A DNA stretch of 61,037 nucleotides, filler included. It is 12 parts of 12 records of this genome, joined end to end, with 100 filler letters (N's around TTAATTAATTAA, not from the genome) between each part and the next. Parts side by side here need not be neighbours in the genome. Positions count along the whole stretch, not along the records: positions 1 to 8,354 come from SRR7504441_10073; positions 8,455 to 14,743 come from SRR7504441_10080; 10 more parts are not named here. The stretch is one strand, 5' to 3'. Made by a program: the position numbers and the translations under genes. Below are positions 1-11,015 of the stretch, piece after piece. Below the pieces are notes generated by a model. It was given only the letters and a program-made list of their open reading frames with translations, was not told where the DNA came from and made no database searches. Within the stretch, counting starts at the first letter, position 1. Every line of letters starts with the position of its first letter.

Positions 1-153
1 GGACTGCGAGCAGCTTGTGCAGCATGTCCTTGTTGCACTAGGCCTCCCCGGTAAGCACCTTTGTGGGTATACGTAGTGGGTAGCTAGTGCAGCAAAATTA
101 ACGGCACAGCGAGGCCACACACCGGCAGGTTGCCGCCGGAGATAAGCAGCAAT

Positions 154-1269
154 ATGGCCCGCAGAGCGTGGTTGTTGCCTGTGCTGCTCGAGCTGGCGAG
201 AGCCGAGTCGCTGCCACCCGCCTGCCCGGCTTCAGCGGCCGGTGGCCCCAGCACACGCCTCAGCAGCGGGTTCGAAATGCCACTGGTCGGGCTGGGCACA
301 TGGAAATCGACGCCTGGGGAGGTCGGCCACGCCGTGGGCGCTGCCCTGCGCGTGGGCTATCGTCATATTGATTGCGCCGCCATCTACGGCAACGAGAAGG
401 AGATTGGATTGGTGCTGAAGGAGATGGTAGGGGATGGCGAGGGCCAGATCCGGCGGAGTGAGCTGTTCATCACGAGCAAGCTCTGGAACTCTGAGCACGA
501 GCCGCGTCACGTGCGTCCGGCTCTCGAACAAACGCTGGCTGACCTGCAGCTGGACTATCTGGACCTCTACCTCGTTCACTGGCCGCAGGCGTTCGCGCAC
601 GTAGATGGCAGCACAACAGGCCGACCGACGCACCCCAACGGCTCGATGATTTACAATTTCGAGACAGCACCGGAAGCAACATGGCAGGCGATGGAGGCGC
701 TCGTGACTGCCGGGCTCGTTCGCTCGATCGGGCTTTCAAATTACAATGAGGAGCAGATCCGCGCTCTGCTACCAAAGGCGTCTGTGGCTCCGGCAGTGCT
801 CCAGGTAGAGTCACACCCGTTTCTTGGACAAGCGGGTCTCCTGGGATTCTTGCGCGACAACGGAATCGCAATGACCGCGTATTCTCCACTCGCGTCTGGT
901 GGGCGCACCCGACCCGACGCCGATGGGCAGCACACTGGCTTCTCGATCGTGCCCCACCGACAGGCGGCCCTTCACCCTGTGCTGGTCCAGATTGCCGAGG
1001 CGCACGGCAGCAGCCCGGCCACGGTCGCGATCCGGTGGCAGGTCCAGCGTGGCGTGGTGGTGGTCCCAAAGTCGGTGAACGTGCGGCGGCTGCGTCAGAA
1101 TTTCGAAGGCGTCCTTTCCATCACCTTGAGCGAGGCAGAGATGGGGCAGCTCGATGCGCTGAATGAGGGCTTGCGGCTAGGATGGGGCGGGCCGAAGGCG
1201 GATGGCGAGGCGCCGCGGGATGCGGTTCACCCCCTGTACCCGTTTAAGGAGGCTGAGTGGCTGCAGTGA
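154..1269 (+). CDS. Aldo-keto reductase (AKR1/AKR4-like) with hydrophobic N-terminal extension
   Basis: Motifs MPLVGLGTW, GYRHIDCAAIYGNE, LFITSKLWN, LDYLDLYLVHWP, RSIGLSNY, QVESHP, VVPKS. First ATG at 154; N-terminus resembles a signal peptide; no intron needed. Confidence 0.93.
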   Translation: MARRAWLLPVLLELARAESLPPACPASAAGGPSTRLSSGFEMPLVGLGTWKSTPGEVGHAVGAALRVGYRHIDCAAIYGNEKEIGLVLKEMVGDGEGQIRRSELFITSKLWNSEHEPRHVRPALEQTLADLQLDYLDLYLVHWPQAFAHVDGSTTGRPTHPNGSMIYNFETAPEATWQAMEALVTAGLVRSIGLSNYNEEQIRALLPKASVAPAVLQVESHPFLGQAGLLGFLRDNGIAMTAYSPLASGGRTRPDADGQHTGFSIVPHRQAALHPVLVQIAEAHGSSPATVAIRWQVQRGVVVVPKSVNVRRLRQNFEGVLSITLSEAEMGQLDALNEGLRLGWGGPKADGEAPRDAVHPLYPFKEAEWLQ

Positions 1270-1630
1270 TGTTCTGCTTAGTCCTAGTGCTATCCTAGTG
1301 CATGCACTTGCATGTGCCTAGCTGGCGTGTGTTAGCCGTGTGTGTTGTGTCAATTGAAACTATTATAGGGTTCTGTACCCCCGCCTGGGGGTTGAACCTA
1401 GATACACTCACTGTTGGCGCCCCCAGTACAAATTAACTAGGAGTTAATTTTAAGTTAATTTGACAATCATCTCATTTACAATCATCTCATTGGCATTCAA
1501 GTATACATGTACGGAATTAATTAATAACTAGAACTGAAAATGATTCATGCGCCTCCGCCACGCAGAGGCTATTCTTAATTAAGGCTAAAGTTTCTATCAT
1601 GCCGTAGCTGCTCGGCAATGGAGGAATTGA

Positions 1631-3765
1631 TCACATCAGATTGCAATAAGACTGTTGTACAGAGACAGGACCGAGAGGAATGTCAGACAAGAGGGCTGCA
1701 TTCTCCTCTGTCTTACTCGATTTGAACTTAGCGAGTGCGTCTGCATTTTCAGCAAACACAACTTGCAAAACCCCCTGGTCGAGAACTTTCTCCTTGAGAG
1801 CCTAAACCCAAACCCTGAGTACACATGCGGATGCTCCTTGGGTGCCACCGGGTCATTTTGGGCCCGCCTGATTACATCAGCACTCTTTTGCGCAAGCACG
1901 AGCATGAGCCACGACTCATAACCCTTCTGAGAGAGACCCATGAAGTATACCAGTACCCAGCATAGAAATATGCACCGACCAACGATCCCTGCCACAACAC
2001 TTCATGCAATCCGGCTGGCCGACTTTACCTTTGTTGACATCGAACACGATGTCTATTGCTGTGTTGCGTCCATAGCGGTTCGCCTCTTCCCCGATCGCAT
2101 CCAAGTAGGCCTGCAAACACCGATAAATCGAGGCTCTAAACAGGGGCAGTCCGATATGGCTTGCCTGAGCAGACTGTCGGCGTTTTTCCAGTGGTGCATA
2201 CGGCTGGCCCTGGAGCAAGCCACTGAAAAACCAGTCCATAGGTACAGCGCCCTGCAACAACGCTCAACGCCCAACAGCAGGCGGTAGCTCTACCCAGTCA
2301 TACCACGCAGGAGCACGATGCATTGTGTCAAAATCAACCATGAGCAGTTTGCCTGAAGAAGCCGCTCAGTTGGAGCACGGCGCCAGCTCAAACCGGGCTG
2401 TTCCTCCCGGTGAATAAACTGCTTAACGTGGCAGTCGCCATGGACAACCACAATCCGATCCATCAAACCATCTCCGTCTCCCAGGTCCAACGCTTCAGCA
2501 GCCACTTTAGAGGCCGTTCTGAACCACTGTTGCGCTTCGGCCTGGGCCTCTTTCGATAATCCAGCGAATGGGCCGTCCGGTTTGGGCATGTGCCCCCATT
2601 TGTGCATTTGGATAGTGTCATAAAAAATCATCTCAGCGTACTTTTCGCTCCTGGTCTGCTCAACAAACCCAGCCCTGACCTCCTCCGGCAGCTGTGCGAG
2701 CTCCTCATCGGGGGATGGCGCCACCGCAGCAAACCAGCTACTTTCGTGTGCGTGCTGCCCCACACATGGGCTCACACAGCCAGCAGGCGCAGGCACCAGC
2801 AACCCAAGCAGCCTCCCGTAGCTCTGGCAATCTTGCACGTCATCATACCTGAGTGGCTGGGTCAGCACAGTAGGCCGTTTGCACACATGTGGCCGGGTTG
2901 GACCATGCTTCCTCCCGCAAACTCGGTGATCAGCATCCCTGGGAACTCTGGGTTGCCAGCTAGATAGATCTTCCCACAAAAGTTTCTGTCTGCTGGGTCT
3001 TGCCCGAATGCTTTCATCGCTGCACACACGGCCAGTCGGCACATGTCTAAGCGTATCAATACCAGCGCCGGATATGGCAGCTGAGTGCGGTGCGCACTCC
3101 TTGTAAAGCACGTGGGTTGCAGTGTCTGCCTCGAGCCTGCTCAATGCCTCCTCGACTACAGATACTTTGCACACTCGCTGGCCGCTCGCTCCGCCAGCCA
3201 GGTCGTTGATGGCCAGGTCCTCAATCGCGAGACCGGACCACCCGGTCACAAACTGGATGCACGCGCGCTTCTCGTGGTCGCGCCACTCGTCGGGCATTCG
3301 GCGGCACTTGAAAGTGATATCAGGGCTGCACCCGCAATCAGATGGGCGGGCACCAGGCGCCCGAGCACCTGTCTGCGGGAATATACCACCCGAGGTCACC
3401 TGCGCGCACCCCCCGGTGAGCGGATCGGCCCAGGCTGCAGCCCGACCATTGGGCAGTATGCGGCCATGTATGCCGGTGGGATGCTTCAGGGCGTCACCAT
3501 CCAAGGTTACATAGTCGCCTGGCTTCTGCACCCCTCCTGCCAGGCGTTTAACTGGAGCACCGCCGCGGCTCGAACCTCGGTAGATGTCGAACCAAGAGCC
3601 GGTGATGCCAGAGTTGGCCCGGACTTCGAACCGGTCCAGAATCTTGGAGCGATCATCCGGATCCTCAGTGTACGTGTACCAGAAGCCAGTCATATCACCG
3701 GATTGCTCTGGCGGCTCGGTGCTCTCCTTCTGCAGGCTGGCGGTGCTCCCCACCGTGTTCCCCAT
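1631..3765 (-). CDS. Choline/ethanolamine kinase- or APH-like phosphotransferase, multi-exon
   Basis: Catalytic loop VVVHGDCH. Removing intron 2353-2393 gives KLLMVDFD...APAWYDW. Removing intron 1802-1848 gives a C-terminus ending CNLM-stop (1631-1633). Starts MGNTVGS. Middle exons only partly resolved. Confidence 0.7.
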
Positions 3766-3848
3766 GGATGATGCTGGCAGGTGCACCTCCCGACGTTTCC
3801 AACCCCGACTAACGGAATAACGGAAATGCTGTCTGCTGCTTGGTCTGG

Positions 3849-5235
3849 ATGACGACTGCTCGGGTGGTCGGGATGGCTTCTCTGCTGCTGGGCCTGGCCC
3901 AGGCAGTCCCCCCCCACTACCCTCCCGCTGCTGGCTGGGAGAGCGCATCGCCGGAGTCTCAGGGCATGTCTTCCGCCGGTCTGAATGCGGCCGTGGCCTG
4001 GATGGATTCGCTCGCCTCGCCCGACGCGCTGCTGGTGGTGCGGGGCGGCTACCTGGTCTCCGAGACCTACTGGGGCCATACAACGGCAGACAGCTTACAC
4101 GATCTCGCATCTGGGACCAAGAGCGTTGGGTCCATGGCACTGGCACACGCGGTGGAGGCAGGGCACTTTCAGTTGGAGACTGAGCTGCACACTTACTTCC
4201 CCTCGCTGCTGAGCCGCGACCGAGTGATTGGAGCGGTGCCACTTCAGCTCAAGCACTTGGTCTCAATGGCAGGCGGTGCGAACGTGACCTACTGGTCGCC
4301 AGGCAACGGCCTGACCCGGGAATGGACCGCGGGGCTGAGGCAAGGGCCACCTGGGGAAGTGGCGTCATGCACAGAGCACGGGCTGGCCAGGCCGCCTGGG
4401 TCTTCGTTCGTGTACAGCTTTGCAAATCCGGCCATTGCGGAGGGCTTGCTGAGGGCCACAACCAACTCGTCAGCCGCTGAGTACCTCGAGACACATCTGT
4501 TTCCACAGCTCGGGATCACGCAGTGGCGATGGCTGGGCGATCGCGAGGGCAACAGCCAGCCGGACGGCGGGAGCTTTCACACAGCGCAGAACTATGCCAA
4601 GCTGGCGTATCTGATGCTCACAGAGGGCCGCTGGAACGTGAGAGGGACTGAGGTCCAGCTGCTGAACAGAGCATGGGTCGAGGCGGTCAAGAACCCGACT
4701 CCAACCGACTACGGCCCTTGCCCCATCTATAGGTAGCGGCGTTGCCGGTTTGTACTGACTAGCACACTGCTGCAGCCACTTCTTCTGGCGGAAGGATTTA
4801 AATTTTGGGAATATGGGGCGCAAGGTGCCCTCTGATACCTTCTATGCCTACGGGGGCGGAGGTCAATTCGCTGTGGTCGTACCCAGCCTGGACCTGGTGG
4901 TGGTCACGCTGTACGGAGGCCGACCCGTCGTGTTCGAGCCCCCGCCAGACATTGCCCAGTACAGGGACACTCGATATTTCCCGCGAGCATCGGATGATCA
5001 CCTGATCATGGGCGGCCTGTGCGATGGCGGATTCAACAGCTGGGGCTGTTGGAACTTCACCTGGGCGACAGACTCCCAGAACGGCCGCACGAAAGCCGGT
5101 AAGATCAACCCTGGGATGCCTAGTTGCCTCTGCACCGCGCAAGACACCGCGCCTAACGATCTGCTGGCTGGTATCATGCAACGAGTCGTTGCTTCGATTC
5201 AAAACACGACGGCCGTGAACATGCCACACAACTAG
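3849..5235 (+). CDS. Secreted beta-lactamase-family (class C-like) serine hydrolase
   Basis: Signal peptide; SPESQGM, LASGTKS (SxxK), FVYS, AYGGGGQFAVVVPSLDLVVV. The GT-AG intron 4733-4775 joins ORFs 3840-4736 and 4813-5235 in frame. Confidence 0.88.
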
Positions 5236-5434
5236 CTGTGTGCAGCTAGCATGAGTGTGCATACAAGTAAGCTAAAAAAGATTATAATAAACTTTATTAT
5301 AAAAACTTCACAACCAAATTGAGATCCAGCGGTCCAGAGTGATATGGGCAGATTTGATTCATCGGCATTCATCGGCACCTGCTTTAATTTTAGGTGCAAA
5401 GTAGAAGATCAACACCATCGCCCTGGCGGCAAAC

Positions 5435-6742
5435 CTAACGGCAGAAGAGACTGCAACATGACAGGCACTTGCAGATGGCTTTACAGTCGCACTTAGTCCC
5501 ATCATCATCATCACCATCGTCGTCATTGCTTTTGATATCATCATCAGGCACCTCGACACCCCACTTCCTCAAGACCTTTTTAGGGTCTGTCTCTCCTGAC
5601 ACGCTCTCCTCCGCGTTGTAGCTGACTACCTCCTCGTTTCCCTTGAAGACCATCAGCACCGGGGGCGAATCATCGGTCAGTCCACCAAGCCCGAACCGCT
5701 CGGCTAGCGCATGCTTAGCGGGATCGTCAAATTTCATCGCAAGCCAGGGCATGTTTGCGTAGCACCCATCAAACCATCCGGCATCCTTGTCGCTCGATAC
5801 AAAGATGATCTCCGCGCCATCGCGCAGCCCATTGTTATAGAGCTTTACCAATTCGTCGGTTGACCATTGGCAGAGCTGGCCGTCTGACGCGAAATACAAA
5901 CAGAAGACGCTTTTGCTCGACCGTTCGAATTCTTCGTCCAGCTGCTGCTTGCTGATCTCAAAGCAGCTCCGACCGTTGGACATCTGGTGCTTCTTAGCGC
6001 CGTTACTCTTCCTGTGTGATAGCAGCGTCTCGGGCAGCAGATCACTAGTCCACACACCCGCAGGCCACACCTCCATCACTTCGTAATCCTGGACAGGGTT
6101 GCCGTCGTCGGCCTCATCCACTGTCACCATGTCCCCTACTGCCACAGTCGGTCCGCCAAACTGCAGCCGCTGCCGCTGCTTGCCCGCAGCGTCGGTCACA
6201 CTCACAGTGAGCCCATTGACCACATAGCGCCGCTCCTGGCGGTCGATGCTGCCATCGGTGTTGAATTGCCACGAGGTGCGCGGATCTACCGTCAGGTCCG
6301 GGAACGTGACAGGGCCCGGCACCCCGAAGCTGACGGTGAGCGGCCGGCCTGCTTCCTTGAGTCGCTGACTCACCTCCTCCTTGCTCGCGCAAGTCACGTC
6401 CACGCTGCCGGCCGGGCCAGTGACCGTGCGCAGCCGCAGGCCCGGCCTGATAGGATCGTGCCCCTCTTGCCGGAGCACCTCGACCCCACGGCCGCAGGCC
6501 CTTTGGCGGAGCCATATTCCGAGCTTGCCCTCCTCGGGCCAGGTGTGCTCGAGGAAGCCCCAGTCCATCGGCAGACACACGATCCGCTTCCCAGCCAGCG
6601 CCAGCTCGCCCTCCTTGGCCGGCTCGGACTCTGCTGCGGCCTCGGACTCAGCCGGCTGATCCTCGGCTGCTGGCTTCTCGGGCTCGGCCGCAGGTGCCGC
6701 AGCCTGCTCCTCCAGAACCACTTCAGTCGGTGATGCCGCCAT
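5435..6742 (-). CDS. PDZ-like plus nucleoredoxin/tryparedoxin-like thioredoxin-fold protein with Cys-rich tail
   Basis: CLYFAS...ELVKLY...EIIFVSSDKD...MPWLAMKFDD matches the nucleoredoxin fold. N-terminal GKLGIWL...RPLTVSF resembles PDZ. Tail is CDCKAICKCLSCCSLFCR. Confidence 0.7.
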   Translation of the reverse strand: MAASPTEVVLEEQAAAPAAEPEKPAAEDQPAESEAAAESEPAKEGELALAGKRIVCLPMDWGFLEHTWPEEGKLGIWLRQRACGRGVEVLRQEGHDPIRPGLRLRTVTGPAGSVDVTCASKEEVSQRLKEAGRPLTVSFGVPGPVTFPDLTVDPRTSWQFNTDGSIDRQERRYVVNGLTVSVTDAAGKQRQRLQFGGPTVAVGDMVTVDEADDGNPVQDYEVMEVWPAGVWTSDLLPETLLSHRKSNGAKKHQMSNGRSCFEISKQQLDEEFERSSKSVFCLYFASDGQLCQWSTDELVKLYNNGLRDGAEIIFVSSDKDAGWFDGCYANMPWLAMKFDDPAKHALAERFGLGGLTDDSPPVLMVFKGNEEVVSYNAEESVSGETDPKKVLRKWGVEVPDDDIKSNDDDGDDDDGTKCDCKAICKCLSCCSLFCR

Positions 6743-6806
6743 TGGCTCAGCAGCGCAACGAAGCTTTCAGATTTCAGTTGCAGGTGTGACCAAGCTCGAG
6801 GCGTGA

Positions 6807-8250
6807 ATGGTCACGGCGGCCGTCCACGGAGCCAGGAAGGCGAATGCCAGGAGAGCGGCTGCTGCCGCCCACGCAGCCAGGAGGGCGGCCAGAGCAGCTG
6901 CCGCCGTCGGTGCCCAATCCGAGCAGCCCGATGATGCTGGAAGCCCTTACGAATGCCCATCAGTGGTGGCCAGGCTGGGGCAGATCCCGGGAGTGCGGCT
7001 AGTCCCCCCCAGCATACACGATGTGGAGCAGCCCGCGTCCGAGCTCGACCCTCCAGCTCGAAGATGCTACTGCTTCGCCTATACGTTCCTGGGGCAAGTG
7101 CCAATCCTGTACGTAGCGGGCGACGAGGACGGCGAGAGGGCTAGGGTGGTGGTCGCTCAGGCGTTAGGGGTCCGCCGAGGCGACATCAAGTACGCCTCGG
7201 AGAAGGACTGCAAGAGCTGGTTCAAGTGCAGCATCTCCAAGCTCACAGTGCTGCAGCCTGGCGAGGTGCCTGTGCTGCTCGCCCCCGATCTAGCCAACGC
7301 CGGTGTGTTGAGTTTCAACCCTCTGCTCGGGCTGGCTTCACACGGGTTCACCGTCGAGCTGGCTGCAGCTGACCTGCACGCGGTGAGCGGTGGCATCTGG
7401 GCCCGTCCGTTGGCGGCCGAACTGCTGCTCTCTAAGCAAGTGCAGCGCCATTCCAACTTGATGCCGCCTTTCGTGGTTGAAGTGCGCTGTGCGGTCTGTG
7501 ATAACCAGGCGTACTCGGCAGGAACCGGCAGAAACACTCGCCAGCCGTTCAGGTGCGGCACGTGTAGAGGCGTTGGAGGGGCTAAACGGGACCTGTTTTT
7601 CAATGTGACCCGTTGCGTGAACGCTGTAGCAGCTGCTGAACTGGCAGGGAAGTCGCTGAGCTGGAGGACCATGAGCACATGTGCTAGCCTGCTACAGCGC
7701 GCCGTGCGCTGTGGCAACGCCTCCTGCACCGTCATGCTGCTGAGCGTCCTGTCCGAGAAGGCCGTCCTGGAGGTGAGCGCTTGTCTGTGGTGCCGAGTAA
7801 CTCGCGTCAGATGGGAGAAGCGTACGTTGGAGTGCTAGAAAGCGGGATGAGGAGTCGTCTGCCAGGGCTTCTGTGCACCTTGTTGTCGCGCGCATCACCG
7901 AGCCACGTCAGCTCCATGTTCCAGCGAAGGTGGACTAGGCGCTCGTGGGTGCTGCTGACAAGGTTGGATGCAGCTGCAGGTTGGATAGCTCATATCAAGG
8001 CCTGGTAGACGACACAGTGAAAGAGCAACTCCAGCACCTGGCTGCGCTGAGTCGAGAGGCCGCAGTAGGCCAGGCCACATTGAAGCACAAGCTTTATGCA
8101 TTCGTTATTGCAACGCGAGGGCTCTTTCAAGGCGGATTTATGCACCATTTCATCACAACACTGACGGACTGGACGTATGACCAAACCCAATCGGAGTGCT
8201 TGCACAATTCATTCCAACTGTTAGAACTGGCGGATGCGCTTTCATTATAG
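6807..8250 (+). CDS. Hypothetical multi-exon protein with YbaK/PrdX-like domain and CxxC...CxxC motif
   Basis: AQALGVRRGDIKYASE...VPVLLAPDL...LSFNPL...TVELAAADL resembles YbaK/ProX editing domains; CAVC...CGTC follows. 3' exons inferred from ORF pieces 7781-8250. Confidence 0.45.
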
Positions 8251-8354
8251 TGCCATGATTGTACAGTCAGTGGCCGAGTGGCCATCGATTGCCGAGCGTC
8301 TCGTATAAGTCGATCCCCTCCTCGAGAGACGGAGCCCGCTCAGAGGGCACCAGC

Positions 8355-8454
8355 NNNNNNNNNNNNNNNNNNNNNNNNNNNNNNNNNNNNNNNNNNNNTT
8401 AATTAATTAANNNNNNNNNNNNNNNNNNNNNNNNNNNNNNNNNNNNNNNNNNNN
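8355..8454. other. Artificial contig spacer (first of 11; others start at 14744, 19158, 24641, 31850, 35234, 38820, 43624, 49793, 53324, 56787)
   Basis: Identical 44N + TTAATTAATTAA + 44N blocks that put stops in all six frames. Confidence 0.98.
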
Positions 8455-8679
8455 AGCACCTCTCGTCATTCCAAAAGCCGCTCGGTTGGAATCGGGAGAG
8501 TGGTCGTAGTTACAAGAACTTTGGGTTCGTTATTCCCCCAGTTGGCATAATTAAGTTGTCTATACATTAGATTGTCCGGTATATATATATTTGAGTTACT
8601 AGAATGTCTAGAACTAGCCTATTCTCAAGATCTAAATCGACAATATTAATAATCGACAATAACTACTGAACTTGAATCT

Positions 8680-10678
8680 CTAACAATCTTCCTTTCGTGT
8701 TGCCTCCAAGTCAACCTTGTCATAATACGGCGCCAAGGCTTCTGTCTGAACCGCCAAGTCGACCCCCAACAGCTCTGCCATTAGGTTGCCAATTTGTGAG
8801 TTCTCAAGGCTACCGCGAATCCGCTCAGATCCGGGCCCAAACGAGTATAGGTTTACATCCACTCCGGTGTGCCCCCATGTTGTCCAGCCAATGTTGGTCC
8901 GGCGGGACAGGCACGCGCCCACAGCCTTCTGGGTGGCATAGCCACCGGCCGCGCAGGCTCGCTCGATGAGCGCTCGCTCGTCTGGCTCGAGAGTAATGCC
9001 TGAATGCGCTAGCACACGGGCAGCGACCGCGTCGACTAGAGCGGCCCGTGCAGCCGAGCTGGATGCCATCTGAGTCCAGTCGGCTTGGATGTCAAGCGCG
9101 GCTTGCTTGGCCATGTAATAGGCACTCTTGCTCACATTGTTGAGCACTTGAGGATACCAAGCGTACTCGTACCCAAACTTTCCATCAGACCCGCTCAGGA
9201 AACTCTCAGTCCTCAACGGAGCCTCGACTCCGGCCGCAGAAGCTTCAGCGTTATATAGCCGGCCTCGTCCGAGCGTGACCCCGCCAGTCTCGTGATCGGA
9301 GGTGGACACCACCTGCCATCAGCCCTGAGCCAAGGCTCCGTTGAGGACTTGCCAGTGTGTTGCCATCTGCCTTGGCGAAATCAACCATCGCTCCGATTGT
9401 CTCATCGTACGCCAGAATCTCGTGCAGATGCGCAGCTATGTCGTTCGGGTGGGCTGCCTTATCAATCTTTGAACCTTCGACAAACAGGAAAAAGCCGTTT
9501 TGATTGTCTTTGTTCAGGAGTTCGACAGCCTGCACTCGGTGAGCAGCAAACTGCCTGAGTGCACCTTTGAGGCCATCTGGGCGAGGCTCGGCTGAACGGT
9601 TGGGTCCCGATCGATCTCCCAGTCCATGTGATGGTTGTCAAAAAGCCCTAGCACCGGCAGCTGCTCCTGGGCTTGCATGCACGTCACATCCTCGCAGTAC
9701 ACGTGGCCGTGCTGCTGCCTCATTTTCTCTTGCAGAGATTGAGTAGAGTAGTAGTCTCGCCCACCTCCGAGCATCACATCCGGTCCGAGTTCGGCCTGCT
9801 GGGCCGCGATCTCCTTGTTGCGGTTCCGGCAGAACGCATGTGCTGTGAATGCGGCCGGTGAGGCGTCGGTTACACTCGAAGTCACGGCCACGCCCTGCCC
9901 TCAGCTCGGCTGGTCCAGCGACAGGACCCACCGTGCGCATCCCTTTGGCATGCGCCGCTTCCAGCAGAGTGGCGCACGGGGCTCCCTGGCCGGGCCAGTC
10001 CCGCGAGCCCGGCCAGATCACACCTTGTTGTCCATTGCCACCTGCAGGTTAATCGTTTTGAGTCCACACGAGATGGCGGTGGCCCCTGGCCCAGGCTCAG
10101 CTGCGCCCAGCCCAACTGCGTGCACCGGCAGCTGAGTCGGTGACGAACGAGCTGCTGCTGTAGGTCCGCGAGTGCCCTGCAGCCCGGTCGGCCCGGATCC
10201 AGTCAGGGGGCACCGGCATGGATGCGGTCCAGGTTGAGAGATTGCATTGCCGCCCCGCGATTTCCAGCCACGCTCAGCTGGTCCTGGTTTTTGAATACTC
10301 GGGCAAACGTGAGCGAGGCCGGTCCGAAGCTGTCGCGAGGTCAGGGCGGCCAGGCTGCGGGCTCACCCGTCGGAGATCATAAAGATGATGTTCTTGGGCC
10401 GAGCGGAGGATGTACTCGCGTCACAGCTACCCGCCTCCTGACTCTTCATCGCAAAGTGGACCACCTGACTGGGGCTGCTGCCCGGGCTGGCGCTGGATTA
10501 CCAGCCCCAGAAGGACCGCGCAGGTGAGCCCGAGGGCCACCGCGGCCACCCAGGCCAGCTTGGAGTATCGGGTCATCCGGGCCTCCCACACAGTCCACCA
10601 CGGATCCCGCACCCGGTTGAGCCCATCCTCGGTATCCAACGGCTCGTGCTCGACGTCGTCCAGCTCGAGCTTCACCAT
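8680..10678 (-). CDS. Type II membrane-anchored alkaline phosphatase (PhoA/Pho8 family), 8 exons
   Basis: Removing introns 10465-10501, 10330-10366, 10177-10213, 10086-10125, 9986-10023, 9895-9931, 9530-9564 and 9313-9352 restores KNIIFMISDGFGP, VTDSAAGATA, TDASPAAF, FVEGSKIDKAAHPND, TSDHETGG and GHTGVDV (these eight introns give 9 coding segments). N-terminal TM helix present. Confidence 0.95.
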
Positions 10679-11015
10679 GGCGCCAACCGTGCTGCCAGCA
10701 AATAATCAGCAACCGAAGAACGGCCGATGCGTGTGCCTCTCGAGGTCTCGTTCCGCGCTCTAGCGAGATTAGCTCGTCATCGCGAGAGTTGGGCTGCTAC
10801 GTCAAGCCATGGAATTAATGGTGGTTCGTGGTTTAATTAATGTAGCATTCGATGCTAATTCGATGCATTTCCGCGCACGCAGTCGATTCACGATCGATCG
10901 ATCGCGACTTCCAGCAGCTTCCAATCATTTCGAATTGCGTCGATCTCAGTACTTGTACACTGATATGAGCAGTACACCTCGATCATTGGCCCGGTGCCCT
11001 CTTTGGCTCACGCTT

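Noticed and set aside
1463-1491. ACAATCATCTCATT tandem duplication
   Set aside because: Two copies in an AT-rich intergenic spacer with no other support for function.
8680-10678. Apparent frameshifts suggesting pseudogenes, programmed frameshifting or an alternative genetic code
   Set aside because: Each break is resolved by a 35-40 nt GT/GC-AG intron, and TAA, TAG and TGA all end genes in this window.
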